Source: Adineta vaga
Taxonomy: Eukaryota; Animalia; Rotifera
Direction: 5' to 3'
Length of the DNA stretch: 64,000 bases
NCBI GenBank assembly: GCA_021613535.1
Contig: CP075495.1
Coordinates: 5,332,001 to 5,396,000, forward strand
The position numbers were made by a program, and so were the translations under genes. Shown in pieces: positions 49,380 to 62,524 of the stretch (position 1 is the first letter of the stretch; each line of letters opens with the position of its first letter). A model generated the notes under the pieces. That model was not told the origin of the DNA. It ran no database searches and saw nothing but the letters and a program-made list of their open reading frames with translations.

Positions 49380-52300
49380 ATGAAGTTATATAATTTAACT
49401 TTACAACGTCCCGGTGTTATAACTCATGTCATCCATGGAAATTTTTCCGGTCCAAAACAACAAGAAATCATTGTCGGACGTGGTAATGTATTAGAAGTTC
49501 TTAAACCAGATCCAAGCACCGGTAAAATCCATACATTATTAACATATAATGTATTTGGTATCATTCGAGCACTTCATCCTATTCGCTTATCGGGTAGTAA
49601 TCGAGGTAAATGAAATATAATGGATTCTTTGAAAATAATATCAGAAATGTTCTTTTTGATAAATTTAGATTACATTGTTGTTGGCAGTGATTCAGGTCGA
49701 ATACTTATTCTTGAATATAATGGACAAAAAAATGCATTAGAAAAGGCAAGCAACGTTTTTATTCTATATATTTTTAAGAGACTTTTCTTCAGTTAGGTAC
49801 ATCAAGAAACATTTGGTAAATCAGGTTGTAGAAGAATTGTACCTGGTCAATATTTAGCCATTGATCCAAAAGGACGTGCAGTACTTATCGGTAAAAATTA
49901 ACTATTTATATTTATCTATGACGAATCTATGTGAATTTTTCTTTTTTAGGTGCACTCGAAAAACAAAAATTAGTTTACATTTTGAATCGTGATTCTCAAG
50001 CACGTTTAACCATTTCATCACCTTTAGAAGCACATAAAGCAAATACAATAACATTTCATACAGTTGGTGTTGATGTTGGTTTTGAAAATCCAGTCTTTGC
50101 TTGTTTAGAAGTTGATTATGAGGTAAAAATAAATCTTGTAGAACATTTGTTTCAAAGAAAAGTATGTTTTTTCTTCTAATTAGGAATGTGATAATGATCC
50201 AACTGGTCAAGCAGCAGAGGAGATTAAACAATCATTAACATTCTATGAGCTTGATTTAGGCCTTAATCATGTTGTGAGAAAAGATTCACAATTATTAGAA
50301 AAATTTGCTAATTTACTTATTACTGTACCGGGTGGAACAGAAGGACCCAGTGGTGTACTTGTTTGTTCAGAAAATTATATCACATTTAAAAATTCTGGTG
50401 ATCAGCCAGACATCCGTTGTCCAATACCAAGACGTCGAGTAAATATATACTTACTACTATTCTTTTAAACGATGATATTAGAGCAAAGATTTTCTTATGT
50501 TTTAGAATGAAATTGATGATCGAGATCGTACAATGATTATTGTTGCATCAGCTACACATAAAACAAAAAATATGTTCTTTTTTCTTGTTCAAACTGAACA
50601 AGGTGATATATTCAAAATTACTCTAACTCATGATGCAGATATGGGAATGGTAAGATAAATTTTTGTATTTCATAGTCATCGAAGAAAAGGCAGTAGATGA
50701 TGATTTTCAGATTGAACGTGTTGCCATATGAAAACATTGATTATAATATTCTTTGTTCAATTCTGATTCTGCTTTCTTCAGAATAATTATTTGTTAAGAG
50801 AGTTATTTAATCAATAACGTTTTAGTTTAATTCTTAACAATATTTTCGCTCATTGTAGGTTACAGAAATTCGTTTGAAATATTTCGATACTGTACCTGTG
50901 GCATCTGCTATGTGTGTTCTTCGAAATGGTTTTCTTTTTATTGCTTCTGAATTTGGCAATCAGTAAGTATTACATAGTTTTGTTTCATAATAAATCATTT
51001 CCTAAAATATATAGTTACTTATATCAAATAACTCAATTGGGTGATGCGGATGATGAACCTGAATTTAGCTCATCAGAACGACTTGAAGAAGAAGATACAT
51101 TCTTTTTTGTGCCACGTAAATTGAAAAATTTAACATTAGTCGATGAAATGGATAGTTTATCACCTATTACTGCTTGCCATATTGCTGATCTTGCCAATGA
51201 AGATACACCACAATTATATGTCACATGTGGTCGTGGACCTCGTTCAACACTTCGTATTCTTCGTCATGGTTTAGAAGTAAATAAACGAAAATTTCTACAA
51301 TACAAATCTGAGAATCTTGTTTTCTTCTAGGTAACTGAAATGGCTGTGTCAGAATTACCTGGTAATCCCAATGCAGTCTGGACTGTAAAAAAACGAGCTG
51401 ATGGTAAATTCAGCACATTTTCTTGTAGTTGTTAGTAGAAGTTTTTCTCTACTTCATTTAGATTCATTCGATGCATACATTGTTGTCTCATTTTCAAATG
51501 CTACTTTAGTCTTATCTATTGGTGAAACTGTTGAAGAAGTAACGGATTCCGGTTTTCTTGGTACAACACCAACATTATCATGTAGTCAATTAGGTGATGA
51601 TGCATTGCTTCAGGTTTGCCATCAAATATTCATTGATCTTTCGTTTTTTTAATTTTGAAGAGTTTGCTTGATTTAGATCTATCGTGAAGGTATTCGACAT
51701 ATTCGAGCCGATAAACGTGTTAATGAATGGCGTGCACCAGGAAAGAAAACTATTACTCGTGCAGCTGTTAATCAACGACAAGTTGTCATTGGTTTAACTG
51801 GTGGTGAACTTGTTTATTTTGAAATGGATGCAGTAAGATTACAAATAGACAAATTCTTTTTGAAATTATTCATTCGATTTGTCATTTTAGACCGGTCAAT
51901 TGAATGAATATACTGAAAGAAAAGAAATGCCCGGTGATATTGTTTGTATGGCATTAGGTTCTGTACCTGACGGAGAACAACGATCACGTTTTCTTGCAGT
52001 TGGCCTTTCAGATAGTACTGTTCGAATCATATCACTTGATCCACAAGTATGTCGAGATATTGATTTAGAGAAAGGAAAACTATGTGTATTTCTTTTTAAC
52101 AATTCACAGGATTGTTTGAGTCGATTGAGTATGCAAGCATTACCAGCTCCAGCTGAATCGTTATGTATTGTTGAAATGAAAACAACTGAAGGTGGTGTCA
52201 TTGTAGATGCGAGTAGTGGTCGTGAACAACAAATTGGACCGACTACTACTTCATTTTTAAATATTGGTTTACAGGTAACAGAGACATCTGCTTACAAAAC

Positions 52301-54996
52301 AAAATATCTATTCTTATAATTTAAGAATGGTGTACTTCTAAGAAGTGTTTTGGATTCAGTTACAGGTGATATGTCAGATACTCGAACACGTTATATTGGT
52401 TCGAGACCCGTGAAATTATTTCGAATTTTAATGCAAGGAAATGAAGCTGTAAGTTTCAAGACATTCGAGATTATTAGTTCGATTTTTTCATATTCATTTA
52501 TTTCGTTTCTCTAGGTATTAGCAATGTCAAGTCGTACGTGGCTTAGTTATTCATATCAAGGTCGTTTTCATTTAACTCCACTATCTTATGAATCTCTCGA
52601 ATATGCATCGGGTTTTGCATCGGAACAATGTCCCGAAGGTATTGTTGCTATAGCTGGTAATACTCTTCGGTAAGTTCAATTAGGAAACTTGGAAAATCTT
52701 CGAATTATTCACTTTTCTTTTTTCTTCATAGAATTTTAACATTAGAAAAACTTGGTGCAATATTTAATCAAGCTATTCATAAACTTAAATTAACACCACG
52801 ACGTTTTATTATTTATCCCGAAGCGTATCGACTCTATTTAATTGAATCTGATCATTTGTCTTATACAGAAATTACTAAAAAACAAAAACGTGAACAAAAA
52901 GGAAAAGTTAGTTGAATATCAAATTCATATAGGTTAAAGAATACGACAATCTTTTTTTATTTTAGGAAATGATTGATGCAGCTGATGAAGAAGATAGAGA
53001 AGCTATGCGAGAAGTAGCTAATGCAATGTTAGCTGAAAAAATTCCAGAAGATTCATTTGGTGCACCAAAAGCAGCCAATGGTATGTGGGCTGCACAATTA
53101 CGTGTAATGGATACAATAAGTGGTGCAACAAAATTTGTTTATGAATTTGAACAAAATGAATCAGCTGTTTGGTAAAGAATAAATTTTTATCGATTGCAAT
53201 TCATTATCATTTTCTTTTTCTGTTTCATTTTTAAGTTTAAGTCTAATGCGATTTGATACACGTCCAGCAGATATACTTTTATTAGTTGGTGTCGCACGAG
53301 ATCTTGTTCTTTCACCTCGTTCACATTCTGGTGGAATGATTTATTGTTTTCTTGTATTAGAAAATGGTGATAAACTTCATTTTATTCATAGAACTGTTGT
53401 TGATGAAGTACCAAGTATGTAAAATAACGAATAACTATTTCCTAAGCTAGATATTGTTATTTTTATTTTTATAGCTGCCATATGTGCATTTCTTGGACGT
53501 GCTTTAATCGGTGTTGGATCAAGTTTACGTATTTATGAAATTGGAAAAAAGAAATTATTGAAAAAATGTGAAAATAGAGTAAGTTACATGAATGTATTTT
53601 TTTATTATATCTTCTGTTCGATGAAATTTAATATTTCCTTTTCACATGAAATATTGAAATCCTACAGAAGGAAATAAATTGGACTGATTTTAGCTCGTTA
53701 ATATGTTTTCTCCGATACATTTTGACGTGTATAAATTATTCACATGATAATTTATTCGACTTTTCTTCCATATCAATTATTTTATTTAATAATTTAGAGT
53801 ATTCCGAACCAAATAGTTTCAATTCATGCATTGGGTAGTCGAGCATTTGTTACTGATATTCAAGAGAGCATTCATATTCTTCGTTATAAAACAATGGAAA
53901 ATCAATTAGTGGCATTTGCTGATGACTCGTGTCCACGTTTTACTGTTGCTTGCTGTTTATTAGATTATAGTACTGTTTGTGTAGCCGATAAATTCGGCAA
54001 TATTGCTATTGTAAGTCATTTAACATTATTTTCCTAATAGATATGCTTAGTATTTTGTTTTCTATTCAATTTTTAGTTACGTATTCCTAGTGATGCCAAT
54101 GATGACATTGAAATCGATCCTACGGGAAGTAAAGGTTTATGGGATCGTGGTCTATTAAATGGTGCACCAAATAAAGTAATTCTTAATTGAAATTCAAAAT
54201 TCGTATAATCTATCGATATTTTAGTGTGATGTACTTGCTCATTTTCATGTGGGAGAAATGGTGACATCCGTACAACGAACAACATTAATTCCAGGTGGAT
54301 CTGAATCTATTGTTTATACAACATTATCAGGCTCGATTGGTGTACTAATACCTTTTGCGTCAAATGAGGTAAAAATGAGAGAAAGAAAGAAAATGTGTGA
54401 AATGATGATCAAATCATAGTCGTTTACAATTCAGATGATAAATGACGATAATTATTTTCTTAATGTCTGATCACACATTTATTGTTTTGTTTTATTGAAA
54501 TGATAGAGAAGGATAATATCATCTCTTTTTTCGTTTTCTTTAGGATTATGATTTCTTTCAACATCTAGAAATGCATATGCGAGCGGAATATCAAACATTA
54601 GTTGGCCGAGACCATCTCGCTTTTCGATCATACTACTATCCAGTAAAAGTAAGTAACCAGGCAAAATATCAATTTCATGCCGCTTTTTTTTGGAACAAAT
54701 TTTCTGAAAAAGTCGTGAAATCAAAATATATTTCACACTTCACCTTTTCGTCTGACTGATATATATGATAAGATACGTATCAATCGATGGTGACCCGTTA
54801 CATATGTTTACCAGCTTTTGATTGATTTTATCTCTTTTTCTTTCCTATATTTTAGAATGTTCTCGATGGTGATCTTTGTGAACAATATAATCATCTTGAT
54901 TTAAGCAAACAAAAAATGATTGCCGAAGGTCTTGATCGAACGGCGAGCGAAGTAGCTAAGAAACTTGAAGATATTCGTACACGCTTTGCTTTCTAA
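49380..54996 (+). CDS. SF3B3: Splicing factor 3B subunit 3 (SAP130)
   Basis: [67 protein letters not shown]-terminus [12 protein letters not shown]. Confidence 0.98.
50681..50779 (+). ncRNA. Intronic box C/D snoRNA candidate
   Basis: C box ATGATGA 50697, D' ATGA, C' TTGATTA, D box CTGA 50763; terminal stem GAAGAAA..GCAG / CTGC-TTTCTTC; lies in an oversized SF3B3 intron. Confidence 0.75.
53611..53747 (+). ncRNA. Intronic box H/ACA snoRNA candidate
   Basis: Hairpin CTTCTGT/ACAGAAG with upper stem AATATTTC/GAAATATT, H box AAATAA 53672, second hairpin CGTTAA/TTGACG, ACA at 53742 followed by 3 nt. Confidence 0.7.
54391..54480 (+). ncRNA. Intronic box C/D snoRNA candidate
   Basis: Perfect 10-bp terminal stem AAATGTGTGA/TCACACATTT enclosing C box ATGATGA 54402, D' CAGA, C' ATGACGA and D box CTGA 54467. 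Confidence 0.82.
54672..54805 (+). ncRNA. Intronic box H/ACA snoRNA candidate
   Basis: Hairpin ATTTCAT/GTGAAAT with inner CTTTTTTTGGAA/TTCTGAAAAAG, H box AAAATA 54723, second hairpin TCACC/GGTGA, ACA at 54800. Confidence 0.55.
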
Positions 54997-55249
54997 TCAA
55001 GAACGATATAGACAAAACAAACAAACTAAATAATCATGTCTCTTTTCGTGTTTTTTTTTCTCGTCTCATTCTGTGTTAATGTTTGTACTCATAAATGTTG
55101 TTCATATAGGTAATCTTTACTTGAATAATTGATTTAAAACAAAAAACTACGTACATACAACTGACTTATAGCAAATCATAATGAAAAAAAAGGAAAAAAT
55201 AGCAGGAAAGTTTTGAATGGGTTAATAAACTGCATGTGCATCCATCATA

Positions 55250-55510
55250 TTAACCGAGTCTATAGCCAATATTGACTACTGGTGCAGGCATGCGTAGTGC
55301 ATATAAACCATAGGCAAGGAGACTACCAAAGCCCGAGCTAAATAATGATGGTCGTTGATATTCGGTTAGGACATTGCCTTGATCACGAAGTCTAGAGTAG
55401 GACGAAGTTCGATAGTATTGATATGCTGATAGAGCAACATAATTATTCATGTCTCTTGCCACTCGAAAATAATGGTTTAACATATGAGGATTCATGCCAG
55501 TTCCATACAT
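55250..55510 (-). CDS. Orphan 86-aa Tyr/Gly/Arg-rich protein
   Basis: Single-exon ATG ORF, higher GC than flanks, convergent with SF3B3; no domain recognised. Confidence 0.5.
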   Translation of the reverse strand: MYGTGMNPHMLNHYFRVARDMNNYVALSAYQYYRTSSYSRLRDQGNVLTEYQRPSLFSSGFGSLLAYGLYALRMPAPVVNIGYRLG

Positions 55511-57905
55511 TTTGGTATGTCGAATTGATTTGGATGAAGAATGAATACGGCAGTATGTATGTATGTATGTATGTAAAATATCTATGTATGAAAACTAGCT
55601 ATTGCTTTGTATTTATATATGTGGTTAGATGTCAAATATGAGATCAATCAGGTGAGAAAGAAACCATCATGAAAAAGACAAAAACATCCAATATCAAGCA
55701 CTCGCCTAACATATGAATGCATAACAAATCATCCGTGTCCGACCGCATAATACGACACAAGCGTTCGTTTTTCATTAACCTTGTCATTAAATGATAAATT
55801 AAACGATATTTCATATGTTAAAAGATGAATACGTGTTTTTGATTGGAGAAAACAATATGGAGAAAAGTCCAGAGTATTCAATCTGTATAACGAAGACATG
55901 TTTTCGAAAGTACATACTCGACGTGACATAAATTAGTAATGGATATTTTTCGATTAATAGCATAAAATTTGAAAAGGCTGGAAGTCAGGTGTCGAGGGAA
56001 TTTAGACCTCAACCAAGATCTGGTTGATCTGTTAATAAAAATGAAAAAAGAAACGGACGAAGATTTATTAAATTGATCCATATCGATGATTATCTTTCAT
56101 TTAAATCTATTTTTTTCATTATGTTGACAGTAAACAAGCAAGTCAGGTTTGATATAATAAAGCGAAAGCAATGATTTCTATAAACAATATTATATTTGAA
56201 GAAAAAAAAGTACATCGAAAAATCGTATATCTTGATGTACTTATTCGTTCATCAAGATAGATATTGAAGAATGAAAATTATATCTATCTCCGAGCATTTC
56301 TTCTTCTTCTTCTTCTTCTTCTACTACTACTACTAATAGATCAGATTTTCTGATTAATCCAATTGAAACAAGCATGAGCCATATTTTACGAGGATAAAAT
56401 ATTTTATATCCATAGATTAACAGGATCTTCTAATCGATGAGGTAATAAAAGATAAAACAAGTACATTAAAGAAAATCTGTATGTCAATAATAATGCTGTT
56501 GAAAAGAACAAGAGAGGCGATTTGCTGCTACTATTGACAAATGTTTGAATCAGAAAAATCTTATGTCAATTTCATATCACGAAGGATTGTAACAAATATT
56601 CTTGTCTGTCTACTATTCCTTCTATAAATAGGTCATATGTTTATATTATATCAATAATACCATACAAAAAAGTCTTTTATTGCGTTTGCACTTTTCTTTC
56701 CGAGTATACTACGTCTATAAAATGATCGTGTGAGTTTTAATAATAAAAAATGAAGAATGAAACCTATGAAGTGAAATTTCCATTAACAATCAATATGAGT
56801 TTTACTATGATTGGTGATAGTGATGAATTGATAACAATGATGTTTTGTTTGTATTTGAGTTACAATTTCAGTTCTGATAACGATACAAATGTCAATGTCA
56901 TTTCAATTCGATGATTTATTTCAGATCAAATTACTTTTTTATGTGTTTTCGACAGTTCTTCTCTCTTTCATTTTTATCGATAACAACATTGTTCCATTTT
57001 TGTCTCATTTTATATATGTAGCTTATTGCTGTTCTATAAAGTTGTATTCCTTTTCAGAGATGCAAGGCTAGAGGAAGAATAATCGTTCGTCATATTGCAA
57101 TAGAAGCGGTGAGAATGAGGAAAAAAAGAGAGAAGCACAGAAGTTACAACAGGAAAAAAAGTAATTTTGTCTTCTTTTTCTCTCTCTTTATCTAGTCTCT
57201 TTTTTCTTTTCTACATCTACAATGTTGATTATAAAAAAATTCTTAAGAAGAAAGAATAAGACGTATCAAAATGTTAATCTTACGAAGAACGTACGTGCTT
57301 GCAACTGCTCTACATATGAAGATCAGTTTGAAATACATTACTCACCGAATAAATAGGAAAAGTTCATATACTTTTATTGTAACAACGTTTTAGTTAGATT
57401 TCATGCGAAAAAAAGAGAGAAAAATATCGGAAATACTTTTGTCCCGTATCATCTTTCTTTCATCATCTCTTTTGTTTATGACAGAAACAGCTGCTGCCAT
57501 ATTTTATACCTTTTCATGCAAATATAACATATTTACTTTGCAAATCCAATGATTTGTTTTTCTTTTAGATGTTATTAACTGCACTGATTAAACCAAATGT
57601 GAATGCCAAGTCATAAAGTTGAATAAACAGTCAAAGAACAATTCATCATGTTCGCATTCAAATTCAAGTATGTGACAGTTGATGAAGAGCAATCGTTTCA
57701 AATCGAAAAAATTGTCATTTAACTACGGAAATATTTAGTCTATAGAATCAAATAATTATTCATATTTTTGTATGTTTCATACAAAAGACTGATCTGTTAA
57801 CATAAATCTTAAGTAGTTCTTGTCGATTATTTATCAAAGTTTACTCATTTTTCTTTGCATTCCTCCATACTTAAGAATACTATCACTATAAAACATAAAG
57901 AAAAG

Positions 57906-59305
57906 ATGAAATTTCTTTCCTTTCATCAAAGATTAATTTCTATTTTTATTCATCTCTTTAGAACTTTCAATAGTATCAGATGGTCGTATATTTTGATTTG
58001 TAAGTGTGTTTGTATTCTTAAATGAAAGGTTATACTCATTTCTTTTTATTCTCTACTAGTTTTCTTTTTAATCATTTATGTATTCATAACACAATTATCA
58101 AAAGCAAGTTTATATGGTGTATTGAATATATTTACTGTTGATTTCAATGATGATTCGAATGAAAACATATCTCTAAATCAAACCGATGAAAATCATTTAT
58201 TACTCGAAGATATTTCTCAACGAGAATTTGAATTATTAAATGATCAATTAAAAATTTTCTTCGTTCAAACATCTGAAAATAGTGATTTACTTGCTCGACA
58301 TGCTTGTTCAATTGAATCTGCTGCACGTTTACATTTCAATAGTCTTATTTTTGTTCTTATGCGTAGTAAAACTATTCATTTGAAAAAAGGTTCTTTCAAT
58401 CATTTACATTCATATTCCAACATTCGTTTTGTTCATTTTAATGAATATCAAATTTATTCTGGTACAACATTATCTCGTTTAAATCAAACGAAACGTACAC
58501 AATTCATTCGTTATTTTTCTATATCACATATGAGTGATTTTATTCGTACAGCACTTCTATATAAATATGGTGGAATTTATTTTGATTTAGATGTTATACC
58601 TTTGAAAACATTTTCATCATTTTTAAATACAGTTGGATTAGAATCAATGGAAGGTGTTAATGTTGCTGTTTTAACATTTGAAAAGCAACATTTAGTATTA
58701 GATATACAAATGGATATTCAATTAATGTTAGTTAATCAACAATTTAATAGTTTATGTTGGAATTGTGTTGGACCATCGGCGTTATCGGATGCATTGAAAC
58801 ATGTTTGTGATGAGAATAGTTTACACATACATGCCAGAGACAAATGTCATGATATTGATATTCAACCATCTTATGTTTTCTATCCAATAACTTATCATGT
58901 AAAAGTGATTCTATTTCTAGTCTCTATTTATTTTGATTATTTTTTCAGGAAATACCACAATTCTTTCGTCATTCGAAATCATCGAATGAAATTAATAATT
59001 TACTAAAAAATTCAAGTATTTATTCAATACATTATTTTCATCATATGACAATGAACTTACCTATTGAATATCATTCACCATTTGCTCGTATAGCACAAAT
59101 CTATTGTCCATATGTATATGAACATCTTATTGATCAAAATGAATCTAAATCAAAACGAACAAATTCAACGAATTTAAATCTTCTTCTATTATGTTCATGT
59201 GTTTTCTTACTTCTATTAACCGGTATTTTCATAGTACATTTAACTTCTATACGTGTGATTATATTAGCATTACAACATAAGTTTATTCCTCCGGATCGAC
59301 ATTGA
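57906..59305 (+). CDS. Alpha-1,4-glycosyltransferase (GT32; A4GALT/A4GNT-like)
   Basis: IFFVQTS, ACSIESAAR, HMSDFIRTALLYKYGGIYFDLD (DXD), WNCVGP, FYPI; N-terminal TM exon starting at 57906. Confidence 0.9.
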
Positions 59306-59791
59306 AGGTAACAAAAATATGAAATGAATTTATGTCAGATGTTGTTATTAATCGTTAAAATAATTTTTTTCTTGTCAATGTCATGAATCAATTGCATATC
59401 ATACAGATCTATTTACTTGTCAATTTGTGTAAAAATTCATAATCATACAGTAACATTATATATGTTCGTGTTTTTTCTTCAAGGAAATAAATAATTACGA
59501 GACAAAAATAAAAGGTAAAGAGTAACGAATTTGATTGATAGCGGTTGTCTCGAAGGACTGTACGTAAAGCTTCCGTCTCATCACATACAAGATATACTTA
59601 TTGCTACCGATCGCGGCTTACCATTTTAGATTTATATTAATTCTCTATTTCAATTGTATAAAATTGGACATGATGCAATTCTGCTTATCTCTATGAAAAA
59701 TGACGTCACTTATGTAAATATTACAAGCAGAGAGAAAAATAGAAGGTTTCAATAAAAATCAAATCAGTTTCATGCAACTAGTAGTATTCTA

Positions 59792-61061
59792 TTATATTTC
59801 TAATTCAGGCAAAACACATTTTAAAAAATCTTGTGGTCGTTCCGAATGAACCCAATGGCCAGCATTCGGAATACGAACAAGTCGATGGGATGGAAATAAA
59901 CATTTCATTTTAGGAATTGATTCATCACTAAAATATAAACATGAGAGAAAATAGTTAAAATCTTAACAAAAAATCCATTTTGCATTACTTTATATAATTT
60001 GATTTTCCACCAGCTATAAATAATGTATCAACGTTCGTTGTTGCATTGTCAAATTCAGTTGGGAAAAGCATAATATCATTCATATGTTCTTCTAAAACTT
60101 CTAAATTTGCTCGCCAAATAAAGTGTCCACTTGATTCATCATGAGCAATGAGCATTAGAAGAAAATCACGAATACTTTTATTCTATAAGAGTTTAAAATG
60201 ATAAGCTATTCTAATTGACATAAATGCAGAACAAACTTGTCGTAAGGATTCAGCTGATGTTTGAAGTATTTTATCCATTGCACGTCTTGCAGCTACAATA
60301 TCTTTTTCTTGTTGAATATTTTGTATGTTATCTAATAGAATCCGTGCATATGTTGGAATTTCTCCGACGGATGCACTAATGGTCGGTGCAATATCAACGA
60401 CGATTAATTTCCGTATCAATGTAGGCTAAATCTAACAGGGAAAACAAACAAATTTACTTATTTTCTATAATAATTACTTCTTGTAAACCAACGATCATGG
60501 CTGCTTTACCGCCCATACTATGGCCCATTAAGATCGTTTTAGGCATTTTATGTTTTCGAATGGTTTGTATTAAATCTGCAGCCATATCCGCATAATTCAT
60601 TGATGGTGTATACGGAGAATCACCATGATTACGCATATCAACTGAAACAACCTAAATATGTCAGTTAGAATAAGAAAAAAAAATGAATCGTCTGTATTTA
60701 CTTTAATATTTGCACGATCACTGAATGCTTTTGCTAATGATCTCCAATTTGTGCGAAAACCAAAAAGGCCATGGCTAAATTGATAGTTCAAAAATTAAAA
60801 AGTGTTTTCACGGAACACAATGAATGATATAAAGATACATACGCAATAATCAAACATCGCTCTGGATCAGCTTTTCCACTTGGTGGATTATACACATCTT
60901 CAACTAGCGTGACCGGCTTAGATGTTCTAAATGAATCAGAAAGTCATGCGATTTTCTTTCTCAAATAAAACCTACGATGTATGTTGAAATCGCGCGAAAA
61001 CTATTCGATTTTTTCCATTTAATGAAATGAAAGATGAACAAATTCTGAAATATCTATTCAT
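59792..61061 (-). CDS. ABHD11: Mitochondrial alpha/beta hydrolase ABHD11
   Basis: Presequence MNRYFRICSS, HGLFG..NWRSLAK, DMRNHGDSP, nucleophile elbow GHSMGGK, VVDIAP, AGHWVHSERP. Confidence 0.92.
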
Positions 61062-61219
61062 CTGCAATCAGAATTAAGCATAAGTTGCTTTTCATTTTGA
61101 AATATTTTTTTCTTCATGCTTTGCCTTTATTTAAATAAAAAGTATACTCAGCAAATCCAAGACCGCAGAAAGAAAGAAAAATAACCAGGAGAAAAAGAAA
61201 GACAAAAGAAAACGATGTT

Positions 61220-62524
61220 TTATGTTGCTTTTGCACGTGTTGCAGCACGTTTGCCAACTTGAGCTTGAAAACCAGTCTTGATACCAGAAACGAAATAGCG
61301 CGAACGACAATTATTACATAAAAGTACAGATAAACGTTCTTCTTTTTGTAATAAAGTATCCGGTGATCGACATGTTTTACAGATAACATATTCCTCTGAA
61401 AAAATAGCAAGTTGGTGAAAAAGAGTTTTTCCTAATCCACAATTTTCTTACTGATATACGATCGAAGTACACTTTCGATTTGTTTCTGTTGAAAACGTCC
61501 TTTGATAATCAATGCATTATTGGCATCAATGGAACCACTTAAAACGATGCAAAATATAAATTATAAAACGTTCACAAATTGATTGATATAACTTACTTTG
61601 TACCTAACTCAGCAAGTAAATATTGATGTAAATGTTTCTCTTGTCGTTTCAATCTACAACAAATAATCAATTTATTTTATGAGCGAGTTCTTTGAAAGAA
61701 ATGGATCATTTACGATTTGCAGATTTCACCAAAATTGGAAAATGAAGTACGTTTAGTACCAATACGTGCTACTTGTGGTGGTTTTAGAGTTAATTTGATT
61801 TTTTCACCTTCGATAACATTAGGATTTTTTTCACGGATAATATTGAATACTCGAGATAGTAGCTAGATAAAACACAAAATGGACAATATAATTCTCTAAC
61901 TTCGATGATAATTTCAGTTTTACTCACATCATCGTAGGTATATTCACCTTGTACAGATGTTGCATCACTGGTAGTTTCATCTCCAGCTGCTCCCGTCGTA
62001 GTTTCTTTCTGAAAAGCAAAGAACAATCTTTTTTCATTTATTTGAAAATTTCGTTCGTATTTACTTGAAGATCACCTTCACCAGTTGCTCCAGTTGCATC
62101 ACTTTTAATTGCTTTCTTTTTCTTTTTCTTACGCGTAGCAAGAATATCACCATCATCATCATCATCATCTCCAGCGGCACCACCTGCTGCTTGTTCAGTA
62201 TTTTGATTTTCTTGATTCTAAAGATAACACATAACTAATAGAGAAAAACAAAAATTATCATTTCAATTCATACTTCAGATGCTTCAGTAGCAAAAGCAAC
62301 ACTTTTACTTTTCTTCTCTTTTGTTGCTGTTGCTGTTTGTTGTTCAGTTGAAGCATTCTCATCACCTTCTTTTTCAGCAGAAGTTGCATCATCTCTTGGT
62401 TTCTTCTTCTTCTTCTTTTTACTCAAATCGAATATAGACTAAAGAAATTTTCATTATATATCTTCTGTCTAATTAACATCAATTTGCTACTTACATCATC
62501 TGGTGCATCACCTCCGTCAGCCAT
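61220..62524 (-). CDS. EIF2S2: Translation initiation factor eIF2 subunit beta
   Basis: Poly-Lys boxes, [32 protein letters not shown], zinc finger [19 protein letters not shown]. Confidence 0.96.

Noticed and set aside
55729-56081. Two overlapping minus-strand ORFs, possible pseudogene
   Set aside because: No recognisable homology or splice structure.
59303-59311. TGA-AGG-TAA as possible selenocysteine readthrough
   Set aside because: No SECIS-like structure downstream, and readthrough would add only two residues.
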